From: Rhizomicrobium sp.
GTDB lineage: Bacteria; Pseudomonadota; Alphaproteobacteria; Micropepsales; Micropepsaceae
Direction: 5' to 3'
Assembly (NCBI GenBank): GCA_036272695.1
Contig: DATAYG010000079.1
Coordinates: 11,214 to 75,213 of the forward strand
Length of the DNA stretch: 64,000 nucleotides
Every line of letters starts with the position of its first letter. Position 1 is the first letter of the stretch. Both the position numbers and the translations under genes were made by a program. The notes under the pieces are model-generated. The model did no database searches, was not told where the DNA came from, and worked only from the letters and a program-made list of their open reading frames with translations. Below are positions 37,049 to 49,835 of the stretch, one piece after another.

Positions 37049-38386
37049 ATGACGACGCCCGCCATCGTCATTGTCGGCCGGCCGAATGTCGGCAAATCGA
37101 CCCTGTTCAACCGGCTTGCGGGCCGGCGCGCCGCCATCGTGCACGATACGCCCGGCGTCACGCGCGACCGGCAGGAAACGCTGGTGCAGGCGGGCGATTT
37201 CGTCTTCCGGCTGATGGACACGGCCGGCTTCGACGAAGCCGAAACCGGGAGCCTTGCCGCACGGATGACCGAACAGACGCGCGGCGCACTCGGAGCCGCG
37301 GATGTTTGTCTGTTCCTGATCGACGCGCGGGCGGGCGTGACCACGGGCGATGACATTCTCGCTGACGCGATACGCCGGACAGGGAAACCCGTCATAGTCG
37401 CCGCCAACAAGAGCGAAGGCCGCACCACCGATATTTCCGACGCGCTGCGCTGGGGCTTCGGCGAGCCGGTCATGGTTTCGGCCGAACACGGCATCGGCAT
37501 TAGCGATCTGTTCGATGCGCTCGCGCCGCTGCTTGCGAAAGCGGAAGCCGCCGAGGAGATAACCGATGAAACGGCGCAGCCGCTGAAGCTCGCCATTGTC
37601 GGCCGTCCGAATGTCGGCAAATCGACTCTGTTCAATGCGCTGCTCGGCGAGGAACGCGTGTTGACAGGGCCGGAAGCAGGGATAACGCGCGATTCCATCG
37701 CGGTGGAGTTCGAAGCCGAAGGCCGCACCATCCTGCTCCATGACACCGCGGGATTGCGCAAGCGCGCCCGCGCCGCCGGACATCAGCTCGAGCAGCTCTC
37801 TATCGGCAGCGCACAGACCGCGATCCGCTTCGCCGAATGCGTGATCATCGTCATCGACGCGACCCAGGCTTTCGAAAAGCAGGACCTCGTGATCGCCGAT
37901 CTCGTGGTGCGCGAAGGCCGCGCCGTGGTGTTCGCGATCAACAAATGGGACACGATCGACGACCGCGCGGGCGCAATCACCTCGCTCAAGCAGGAACTCG
38001 ACCGGCTTCTGCCGCAGATTGCCGGCGCGCCGCTGGTCGTTGTGTCGGCGCGCACCGGCGAGGGACTGCCGCGGCTCCTGCCCGCGGTGCTCGCGGCCGA
38101 CCGCGCCTGGAACAGCCGCATTCCGACGGCCGAACTGAACCGCTTCCTCGCCCGCGCCGTCGAACGTCACCCGCCGCCGGCCGTCCGCGGCCGCCGCATC
38201 CGCATCCGTTACATGACGCAGCCCAAGGCGCGCCCGCCGGCCTTCGCGCTGTTCGGCACCCAACTCCAGGCGCTGCCGGAAAGCTGGTTGCGCTATCTCG
38301 CGAACGAACTCAGGTCGCGCTTCGATCTCTCAGGCAGCCCGATCCGGTTTTCACTGCATTCGTCGAAGAATCCCTACGCGAAGTAA
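37049..38386 (+). CDS. der: Ribosome biogenesis GTPase Der (EngA)
   Basis: Two GRPNVGKS P-loops, DTAG x2, NK(S/W) motifs, KH-like C-terminus. Confidence 0.96.
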   Translation: MTTPAIVIVGRPNVGKSTLFNRLAGRRAAIVHDTPGVTRDRQETLVQAGDFVFRLMDTAGFDEAETGSLAARMTEQTRGALGAADVCLFLIDARAGVTTGDDILADAIRRTGKPVIVAANKSEGRTTDISDALRWGFGEPVMVSAEHGIGISDLFDALAPLLAKAEAAEEITDETAQPLKLAIVGRPNVGKSTLFNALLGEERVLTGPEAGITRDSIAVEFEAEGRTILLHDTAGLRKRARAAGHQLEQLSIGSAQTAIRFAECVIIVIDATQAFEKQDLVIADLVVREGRAVVFAINKWDTIDDRAGAITSLKQELDRLLPQIAGAPLVVVSARTGEGLPRLLPAVLAADRAWNSRIPTAELNRFLARAVERHPPPAVRGRRIRIRYMTQPKARPPAFALFGTQLQALPESWLRYLANELRSRFDLSGSPIRFSLHSSKNPYAK

Positions 38387-38437
38387 TGAGAACGATCTCT
38401 GCCAAGCCGCGCATCCCCGAAGATTCCGGGCGAATAT

Positions 38438-39835
38438 TCATTCCGTATGCTCGGCCGAAACCGCCCCACCATGCGGCGCGACCACCACCGTCTTGATGTT
38501 CACGAATTCGTGGATGCCGAAGCTTGAGAGTTCGCGGCCATACCCGCTTTCCTTGATGCCGCCGAAGGGGAGTTTCGGATTCGACTCCACCGGCGCGTTG
38601 ACAAAGACGAGGCCGGATTCCATCTGCTCGGACGCGAGCTTCTCGCCGCGCGCGAGATCGCGGGTGAAGATGCCGCCGCCGAGACCGAATTCGGAATCGT
38701 TGGCGAGGCGGATCGCATCCTGTTCGTCGCGCGCGGAAATGATGGCCGCGACCGGACCAAACATTTCCTCGTCATGCGCCGGCATGCCTTTGCGCACATC
38801 CGTGAGCACCGTCGGCGGATAGAACGCGGCCCTGCCATCGGGAATCTCGCCGCCGAGGAGGCAGTGCGCCCCGTGCTCGACGCTCTTTCGCACCTGTTCA
38901 TGCAACGAGTCGCGCAGATCATGGCGCGCCATGGGACCGAGCGTGGTTGTTTCATCCAGCGGATCGCCCATCTTCGCTTTCGCCATTTCGGCGGCGAGCG
39001 CGCGCTCGAATTCCGCGCGGCGGCTCTCGATGACGATGAAGCGCTTGGCGGCGATGCAGCTCTGCCCCCCATTGACGAGACGGCCCTTCGCGCCCTGCGC
39101 CGCGGCGAAACCGACGTCCGAATCCTCCAGCACCAGATAGGCGTCGCTGCCGCCGAGTTCGAGCACGGTTTTCTTGAGGCAGCGGCCGGCCGTGCTCGCG
39201 ACCGCGCGGCCCGCCCCCGAACTGCCGGTCAGCGACACGGCGCGGATAAGCGGATGTTCGATCACATGCTCGACCGCCTTGTTGCCGATCAGCAGCGCGC
39301 GGAACAGATGTTCGGGAAATCCCGCATCGCGGAACAATTGTTCGAGCGCCAGCGCGCAGCCCGGCACGTTCGCCGCGTGTTTCAGCACGCCGGCATTGCC
39401 GGCCATCAGCGCCGGCGCGGCGAAGCGGATCACCTGCCAGAAGGGAAAATTCCACGGCATCACCGCGAGCAGCACGCCCAGCGGATTGAACACCACGCGC
39501 GCCTGCCGCCCGTCCAGTTCGACGTGCTGCGGAGTGAGAAATTGCTCCGCATGCTCCGCGTAGAAATTGCAGCCGAGCGCACATTTCTTTGCTTCCCCGA
39601 TCCCGTCGCGGATTGGCTTGCCCATCTCGACGGCCATCAGGCGGCCATACCCTTCCGCGCGCGCGTCGAGCAGCTCGGCCGCGCGGCGCATGAGCTCCGC
39701 GCGGTGCGCAAAGCCCGTTCCGCGCCATGCGAGATACGCTTGCTGCGCGTTTCCAATCGCCGCGTCCACTTCCTCGCGGGTCATTTCATGGTGACGCTGC
39801 ACGGTCTCGCCGGTGAAGGGATTTACGGATTCCAT
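38438..39835 (-). CDS. NAD(P)-dependent succinate-semialdehyde dehydrogenase
   Basis: VMPWNFPFWQV, LTGSSGAG, LELGGSD, GQSCIAAK, EEMFGPV, PFGGIKESGYGRE. Start ATG 39835. Confidence 0.88.
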   Translation of the reverse strand: MESVNPFTGETVQRHHEMTREEVDAAIGNAQQAYLAWRGTGFAHRAELMRRAAELLDARAEGYGRLMAVEMGKPIRDGIGEAKKCALGCNFYAEHAEQFLTPQHVELDGRQARVVFNPLGVLLAVMPWNFPFWQVIRFAAPALMAGNAGVLKHAANVPGCALALEQLFRDAGFPEHLFRALLIGNKAVEHVIEHPLIRAVSLTGSSGAGRAVASTAGRCLKKTVLELGGSDAYLVLEDSDVGFAAAQGAKGRLVNGGQSCIAAKRFIVIESRRAEFERALAAEMAKAKMGDPLDETTTLGPMARHDLRDSLHEQVRKSVEHGAHCLLGGEIPDGRAAFYPPTVLTDVRKGMPAHDEEMFGPVAAIISARDEQDAIRLANDSEFGLGGGIFTRDLARGEKLASEQMESGLVFVNAPVESNPKLPFGGIKESGYGRELSSFGIHEFVNIKTVVVAPHGGAVSAEHTE

Positions 39836-39945
39836 TGTGTTCCAGCCTTTCTGCACAGACGCCGTCATGCATGAGTGAATGCGGCCCGTAAAGCGGCACA
39901 TCGCATTCCTCCCCCGCGCGGAGGCGCGGCGGGACGAAAATTGCT

Positions 39946-41391
39946 TCACGCCCAACGATATCCGCGCCGCGCAACGAGCACATCGGCGCCGGCTGGTCCG
40001 CGCGAGCCGGCTGGGTAGGGCTCCGCAGCGAGGCTCGTCTGCTCCCAGGCCGCGGCGATGCCGTCGATCCAGGCCCAGGCGGATTCCACTTCGTCGGCGC
40101 GGACGAAGAGCGTCGGATTTCCGGCGAGCGCGTCGAGAATGAGCCGCTCATAGGCGATACGCCGCCTTTGCGCGCGGAATGCCTCGGTGAGGCTCAGATC
40201 GAGCGACAGCGGGCTGAGCCGCATACCTTCCGCCGTCAGCCCCGGCGTCTTGTTCATCAGCTGCAGCGAGATGCGCTCTTCGGGCTGCAGCGTGATAGTG
40301 AGACGGTTTGGAATGAGATCGCCCTGCCCGAATGCGGAGTGCGGCACGCATTTGAACTGGATGACGATCTGGGTGTGACGGTCGGCGAGCCGCTTGCCGG
40401 TGCGCAGATAGAACGGCACGCCTTCCCAGCGCCAGTTCTGCACCTCCGCTTCGATGGCGACGAAGGTCTCCGTCTCGCTCGCAGCACCGCCCGCTTCCTC
40501 CGTGTAGCCCGGAACGGGATGCCCGTCTGCGCGGCCTTCGACATATTGTCCGCGCACGGTCCTGGCTGATACGTCCGCCGGCCCGATTGGCCTGAGCGAA
40601 CGCAGCACCTTGGCCTTCTCGTCGCGCACCGCGTCGGGATCGAGCCGCGCCGGGGGCTCCATCGCCACGAGACACAGGAGCTGGAGCACATGGTTCTGCA
40701 CCATGTCGCGCAACGCGCCATAGGCGTCGTAATAACTCCAGCGTCCCTCGATGCCGATGGATTCGGCGACAATTATCTGCACGTGATCGATGCACGACCT
40801 GTTCCACAGCGGCTCGAACAGCACATTGGCGAAGCGCAGCGCGAGCAGGTTCTGCACCGTCTCCTTGCCGAGATAATGATCGACGCGGAAAATGCGGCTC
40901 TCGTCGAAGGCCCGGCCGAGACAGGTGTTGATGGCGCGGCAGCTGGCCAGATCATGCCCGATCGGCTTCTCCACCACGATCCGGCTCAAGGGCGTCGCGA
41001 GCCCGGCCGCATGCAGATTGGCGCAGGCCGCGCCATAATGCTGCGGCGACAGCGAGAGGTAATAGACGTTCCTGTCGCCCGTCATGCGCGAGAGATTTTC
41101 GAAGTCGCCGCGCGCGCCCGCATCGACCCGGCAATAGTCGAGGCGGTTGCCGAAACTGCGCCAGGCCGCGTCGTCCAATTTCTCGCCGCGTTCGACGAGC
41201 ACGTCGCGCACGAGCGCACGGAATCCGCTGTCGTCGAGTTCGGCGCGCGCCGCCCCGATGATGCGCAGCCGGCCGTCGAGCAGCCCGTCCCGTTCGAGGT
41301 AATAAAGCGACGGCAGCAGCATCCGTCGCGACAAGTCCCCTGTCGCGCCGAAAATGATCAGCGTATCCGCCGCCGCATCCATGTCTGCCAT
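39946..41391 (-). CDS. zwf: Glucose-6-phosphate 1-dehydrogenase
   Basis: IFGATGDL, RVDHYLGKETVQN, RDMVQNH, WEGVPFYLRTGKRL, AYERL. Confidence 0.97.
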   Translation of the reverse strand: MADMDAAADTLIIFGATGDLSRRMLLPSLYYLERDGLLDGRLRIIGAARAELDDSGFRALVRDVLVERGEKLDDAAWRSFGNRLDYCRVDAGARGDFENLSRMTGDRNVYYLSLSPQHYGAACANLHAAGLATPLSRIVVEKPIGHDLASCRAINTCLGRAFDESRIFRVDHYLGKETVQNLLALRFANVLFEPLWNRSCIDHVQIIVAESIGIEGRWSYYDAYGALRDMVQNHVLQLLCLVAMEPPARLDPDAVRDEKAKVLRSLRPIGPADVSARTVRGQYVEGRADGHPVPGYTEEAGGAASETETFVAIEAEVQNWRWEGVPFYLRTGKRLADRHTQIVIQFKCVPHSAFGQGDLIPNRLTITLQPEERISLQLMNKTPGLTAEGMRLSPLSLDLSLTEAFRAQRRRIAYERLILDALAGNPTLFVRADEVESAWAWIDGIAAAWEQTSLAAEPYPAGSRGPAGADVLVARRGYRWA

Positions 41392-41440
41392 CCCTCGTTA
41401 AACGCGTTGCTGCTCGGTCCGTTCAAGTGGGATAAGACGG

Positions 41441-41867
41441 TTACGAGCCGCGCGCGGCTTGGTAGAGCGGCTGCACCAGATGCGAGAACTTTGTTCCGCG
41501 CATTTTGCGGCATAAGCGCTCGTCCGCTGTAACCAGCATGCAGCTTTCCTGCTCCGCTAGCGCAAGGTAAAGGCAATCGTAAATCGAATGGTCGAGTTCA
41601 ATGGCAATCTGCCCGGCACGCATTGCGATAATCTGCGAAGGAACGATCGCAAAGAAATGCTTCGGAAGCGCTTCGGCAACGAACGCAATCTGCGTGGGCA
41701 CGACCCGTTTAAGCCTCACGTTTTTTCCAGATCGTATTGAGAACCTCCGGAATGAGAAGATCCGAAGCAATGACGTCATCGCGCAGTTGTAAGGCCTCCG
41801 CCTCGGCAGAACCGCTCTCCTCGAGAAACCATTTTGCGGCGACGCTCGAGTCGATGACCAACGTCAT
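41441..41867 (-). pseudogene. vapC: VapC (PIN-domain) toxin with a +1 frameshift
   Basis: ATG 41867: MTLVIDSSVAAKWFLEE...LIPEVLNTIWKK then a premature stop; a shift at the T6 run 41721-41726 restores VRLKR...HSIYDCLYLALAE...LVTADERL. Length 427 = 3n+1. Confidence 0.82.
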
Positions 41868-42100
41868 CGCGAATCACGATCTTCGCGAATCAAATCCTCC
41901 GAGAATGGCCGCTCCGTAATTGGCGGTGACATGGCGCGAATGCGCCGCATCTCCGCGATCAGTTCATCCCTGGATGGTCGCACCAGCTGCGCCAATGCCT
42001 GCCTGAGCGACTCTTCAAGCGACAACCCCTGATCCGCCGCCTGCTTCTTGAGCCGCCTGACAACGTAATCATCAACATTGCGGATCAGTATTTCTCCCAT
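41864..42100 (-). CDS. FitA/VapB-like ribbon-helix-helix antitoxin
   Basis: MGEILIRNVDDYVVRRLKKQAADQGLSLEESLRQAL...DLIREDRDSR; ATGA overlap with vapC. Confidence 0.85.
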   Translation of the reverse strand: MGEILIRNVDDYVVRRLKKQAADQGLSLEESLRQALAQLVRPSRDELIAEMRRIRAMSPPITERPFSEDLIREDRDSR

Positions 42101-42176
42101 GGTCGGACCTGCTTTCAGCCATTAGACTGCCATCATATCGCGCAACAGCGGTCCCGCAAAGCCAGTCAAGCGCCAG

Positions 42177-46200
<4,024 letters not shown>

Positions 46201-46286
46201 GCCCGTCGCGGATCACAGAGCGGCCGAATCGAGTTTAATGCCCCTGGCCCCGCTCACGGAAGCAGCAAAACCTCGCGAACTCCTCT

Positions 46287-47195
46287 TTACCCCCTCAGGC
46301 TCTGAACGATAGGCTCGCGTTTCGCCACCTTATAAGTCGAAGCGATGATGGGCTCGGCCCAGAAGCTCGCAAACCATTTGCGGAGCCAGGGGTCGTTGCC
46401 GGTGAAGGCCGTCGCGTCGGCGTTAACGTTCACTTTCGACTGCACCTCCGCGAGCGTGAGCCCCTGTTTCGTCGGCGGTGCAACCTGCACCTCCACATTC
46501 CTCGAGGCCGAAATAATCCTGTCGATCTGCGCGCGATCTTTCTGCGGCATACCGTGACCGGGAACCAGAATGCGGAACGGCATGCGCGCAGCTTTTCGAG
46601 CACGTGGATCCATTCGGCGGGATAGCTTTCGCAGCCATAGGGAAACGGCAGAATCACCGTTTCGCCAGCTATGACGATCTGCTGTTTCGCCAGCCAGACA
46701 ACCGCATCGCCGTCCGTGTTTGCCCGTCCCAGGAACAGTATCTGCACGGGGCGAACGGAATCATCGATGACAAGCTTGTCGGTAAAGCTTTCCTTCGTCG
46801 TCAGTGTAACTGCCCGTCGAGGTCGCGCGCCCATTGCCGCAGATCGAACAGCAACGCCGCATAGTGGAGCTGCAAGTCCGGGTCGTCGATCTTCGCGGCC
46901 TGTTCCCAGATGCGATCCTCGTATCGCCGCAGAAGCTTCTGATATTTGTCATTCGCCGCCAGATCGGCATGGCCCGGCGTGTTCATCGTAACAGGATCGG
47001 CGAGACGCCGTTGCGTTGCCACCGTCGAAATGGTCCGCGCATTCGGCCAGGCCTTGAGAATCTCCGACAGCCCCTGCGGCTTGTCCCCATGCCATTGACT
47101 GATGATAATGGTCTTGACCGGCTTCGTACTTAGCGAATGTACGATTTCGACGATGCGCACGCCGGCACCTTTGGATCCGGCGGCATCTACAAGCT
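46287..47195 (-). pseudogene. Metallo-beta-lactamase-fold hydrolase pseudogene
   Basis: Three consecutive frames give IISQWHGDKPQG (degenerate HxHxDH), ANTDGDAVVW and LVPGHG; frameshifts near 46815 and 46586; N-terminus missing. Confidence 0.75.
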
Positions 47196-47543
47196 TTTCG
47201 CCGTTCCCCTCGCCCTTCTTTTCCCGGCCGTTATCCTATCCAGAACCGCGCGGTAACCCTGATGCGGCTCCTGCCTCAGGAACCGCGCAACGCGGGTGAT
47301 CGTCGCCAGGCTGGCGCCGGTGCGGTCATGGATTTCGCGATAAGACAGCGCACCCTCATTGAGCAGGCGCGCGATCTTCCACCGCTCGGCAAGGGCCGAA
47401 ATCTCCGCCGGCGTGCACAGATCGAGCAGGAACAGCCTGCATTCTTCCGGCGTCTTCAGCTGAAAGAACGCTTCGCAAAGCGCGTCGAGGCCGGAGGACT
47501 GACCGGCATTGCGGGCCGCAAGACCGCGGACGCTGCTCTTCAT
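47187..47543 (-). CDS. YerC/YecD (TrpR-like) repressor, candidate his regulator
   Basis: EECRLFLLDLCTPAEISALAERWKIARLL...SYREIHDRTGASLATITRVARFL; divergent from hisG. Confidence 0.88.
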   Translation of the reverse strand: MKSSVRGLAARNAGQSSGLDALCEAFFQLKTPEECRLFLLDLCTPAEISALAERWKIARLLNEGALSYREIHDRTGASLATITRVARFLRQEPHQGYRAVLDRITAGKRRARGTAKSL

Positions 47544-47556
47544 GGTTCCCACGCCC

Positions 47557-47601
47557 TTGCCTTTCCCGGTTCTTGTGCTATTGTTCTAGCATGATAGAAC
47601 A
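47557..47601 (+). promoter_or_regulatory. Predicted his promoter overlapped by a TrpR-type operator
   Basis: TTGCCT (47557-62) - 16 bp - TGn-TATTGT (47579-84); palindrome TGTTCTA-N6-TAGAACA at 47582-47601 covering the -10 end and the ATG at 47591. Confidence 0.65.
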
Positions 47602-48520
47602 TGCAATCGATAACCGAACCAGAAATGCGCCGCGCCTCGCGGGCGACCGCGTCCGCATGGCGGTGCAGAGAAGCGGCCGCCTCGCCGAAGACAGTGTCGC
47701 GTTGCTCCGCAATTGCGGACTGCACGTCGACCGCAGCAAGGACCAGCTCTTCTGCCGGATCAAGGAGCTGCCGATCGATGTCCTGCGTGTGCGCGACGAC
47801 GACATACCGGGCTTTGTCAGCAGCGGCATCTGCGATCTCGGCATCGTCGGCGAAAACGTATTCGCCGAGCTGAAAGAAGTCGGAAACGGCAGCTTCGGCG
47901 CGGACATACTCGAGCGGCTGGGGTTCTCGCTGTGCCGGCTTGCGATTGCCGTACCGGAAGACGCCGCCGTCAACGCCATCTCCGATCTCGACGGAGCAAC
48001 CATCGCAACGTCATATCCCCATCTGCTGAAACGATTTCTACGTGCGAATGGCATATCGGCCAAGACCCTGCTGATGACGGGTTCGGTCGAGGTCGCCCCC
48101 CGCCTCAGGATCGCCGACGCCATCTGCGATATTGTTTCCTCGGGCGCGACGCTCGCGGCCAATGGATTGCGGGAACTGGCGGTCGTGTTGCGCAGCGAAG
48201 CCCTGCTGATTCGTTCCGCCCAGCGATTGTCGCCGGGGAAGGAGGAAACGGCATATCGCCTTCTCGAGCGCATGCGCGGCGCACTGCTGGCGGAGGACAG
48301 CAAATACATCATGCTCAACGCGCCGCGCGCCGCGGTCGACGAGATCGCTCGGCTTCTGCCGGGCTGCGACGCACCTACAATCATGGATCTGAACAGGGAG
48401 AACATGGTCGCCATACACGCCGTCTGCAAGGAAGCCGTATTCTGGGAAACCATGGAACAAATCCGCGCCGCCGGCGGCAAGGCAATCCTGGTGCTGCCGA
48501 TCGAAAAGATGATGGCGTGA
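47591..48520 (+). CDS. hisG: ATP phosphoribosyltransferase, long form
   Basis: AVQRSGRL, RDDDIPGFV, DLGIVGEN, IATSYP, GSVEVAP...ADAICDIVSSGATL, C-terminal regulatory domain ending VLPIEKM. Confidence 0.95.
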   Translation: MIEHAIDNRTRNAPRLAGDRVRMAVQRSGRLAEDSVALLRNCGLHVDRSKDQLFCRIKELPIDVLRVRDDDIPGFVSSGICDLGIVGENVFAELKEVGNGSFGADILERLGFSLCRLAIAVPEDAAVNAISDLDGATIATSYPHLLKRFLRANGISAKTLLMTGSVEVAPRLRIADAICDIVSSGATLAANGLRELAVVLRSEALLIRSAQRLSPGKEETAYRLLERMRGALLAEDSKYIMLNAPRAAVDEIARLLPGCDAPTIMDLNRENMVAIHAVCKEAVFWETMEQIRAAGGKAILVLPIEKMMA

Positions 48521-48536
48521 ATTTCCGGGCGAAGCC

Positions 48537-49835
48537 ATGAGAACGGTTGTCTGGAATGAGATTTCGGATGCGGAACGCCGGCTGGTCCTGGGCCGGCCGG
48601 CCCGCAGCTACGATGCTGATCTGCGTGAGACGGTCGCCGCGATACTGCGCGATGTGAAAGTCCGTGGCGACGAGGCCGTAAAAGATTTTGCAAGATCCCT
48701 CGACGACTTCGCGGATTCCGATTTCCGGGTTCAGAGTTCCGAAATCATGGAATCGCCCGAGGGTATTGACCGGCAGCTGCGCGGAGCCATGGAACGCGCC
48801 ATTGCCAACCTCTCGGCCTTTCACGCGGCACAACTGCCCCGGACCATCCGCGTGGAAACCATGCCTGGCATTACCTGTGAATTGCATTGGCACCCTGTGG
48901 AGCGAGTCGGCTTCTATGTTCCTGGCGGAACGGCGCCGCTGTTTTCCTCACTTCTGATGCAGGCCATTCCGGCACGAATCGCCGGCTGCACGGACTCCAT
49001 TCTTTGCACGCCGCCGCAGCGCGACGGAAGAGTACATCCCGCCATACTGGCAGCCGCGAAGCTCTGCGGCATCGAGAACATCTATGCCATTGGCGGCGCA
49101 CAGGCCATCGCGGCCATGGCCTACGGGACGGCGACGATTCCCAAAGTCGACAAGATATCCGGGCCCGGCAATGCGTTCGTGACATCGGCGAAACAGATGG
49201 TGGCGCAGGATCCGGCAGGCGCCGCCATCGATCTGCCGGCGGGTCCTTCGGAAGTCATGGTCGTTGCGGAAGTTTCTGCCCGGCCCGATTGGATCGCGGC
49301 GGATCTTCTCGCCCAGGCGGAACATGGATTGGATGCACACGCATTGTTTGTCACCACGAGCGCAACCCTCGCCGCTTCGGTTCAAGCGGATATTCATGCG
49401 CAGACCGCCGGGCTGCGCCGCCGCGCCATCGTGGAGACGAGCCTCAACAGCGGCTCCATCATCGTCGTTCCAAATATGCAAACGGCGATCGGAATCGTGA
49501 ACCGCTACGCGCCCGAGCATCTCATTTTGCACGATGACGACGCCGATAGCTGGCTGCCGGAAATCCGGCATGCCGGTTCGATATTTCTCGGCCGCTATTC
49601 GCCGGAAACGGCGGGCGATTATGCCAGCGGAGCGAATCACGTTCTGCCGACCGGCGGGCTCGCGCGGGCCTATGGTGGCATCACAGTGTTCAGCTTCCTG
49701 AAAAGCATGACCGTACAGAGGCTGCAACCCGAAGGCCTGCAAAACCTGGGGCCAGCTCTGATCGCGATGGCCGAGGCCGAGGGATTGCAGGCGCATGCCA
49801 ATGCCGTGTCGATCCGACTGAGGGCGGCGGCATGA
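48537..49835 (+). CDS. hisD: Histidinol dehydrogenase
   Basis: GFYVPGGTAPLFS, GGAQAIAAMAYG, GPGNAFV, PAGPSEV, QAEHG, APEHL, GDYASGANHVLPT. Confidence 0.96.
   Translation: MRTVVWNEISDAERRLVLGRPARSYDADLRETVAAILRDVKVRGDEAVKDFARSLDDFADSDFRVQSSEIMESPEGIDRQLRGAMERAIANLSAFHAAQLPRTIRVETMPGITCELHWHPVERVGFYVPGGTAPLFSSLLMQAIPARIAGCTDSILCTPPQRDGRVHPAILAAAKLCGIENIYAIGGAQAIAAMAYGTATIPKVDKISGPGNAFVTSAKQMVAQDPAGAAIDLPAGPSEVMVVAEVSARPDWIAADLLAQAEHGLDAHALFVTTSATLAASVQADIHAQTAGLRRRAIVETSLNSGSIIVVPNMQTAIGIVNRYAPEHLILHDDDADSWLPEIRHAGSIFLGRYSPETAGDYASGANHVLPTGGLARAYGGITVFSFLKSMTVQRLQPEGLQNLGPALIAMAEAEGLQAHANAVSIRLRAAA

Noticed and set aside
41715-41730. Programmed -1 frameshift at the VapC A-run
   Set aside because: The -1 frame hits TGA at once; restoring the protein needs +1, so it is not a classical -1 slippery site.
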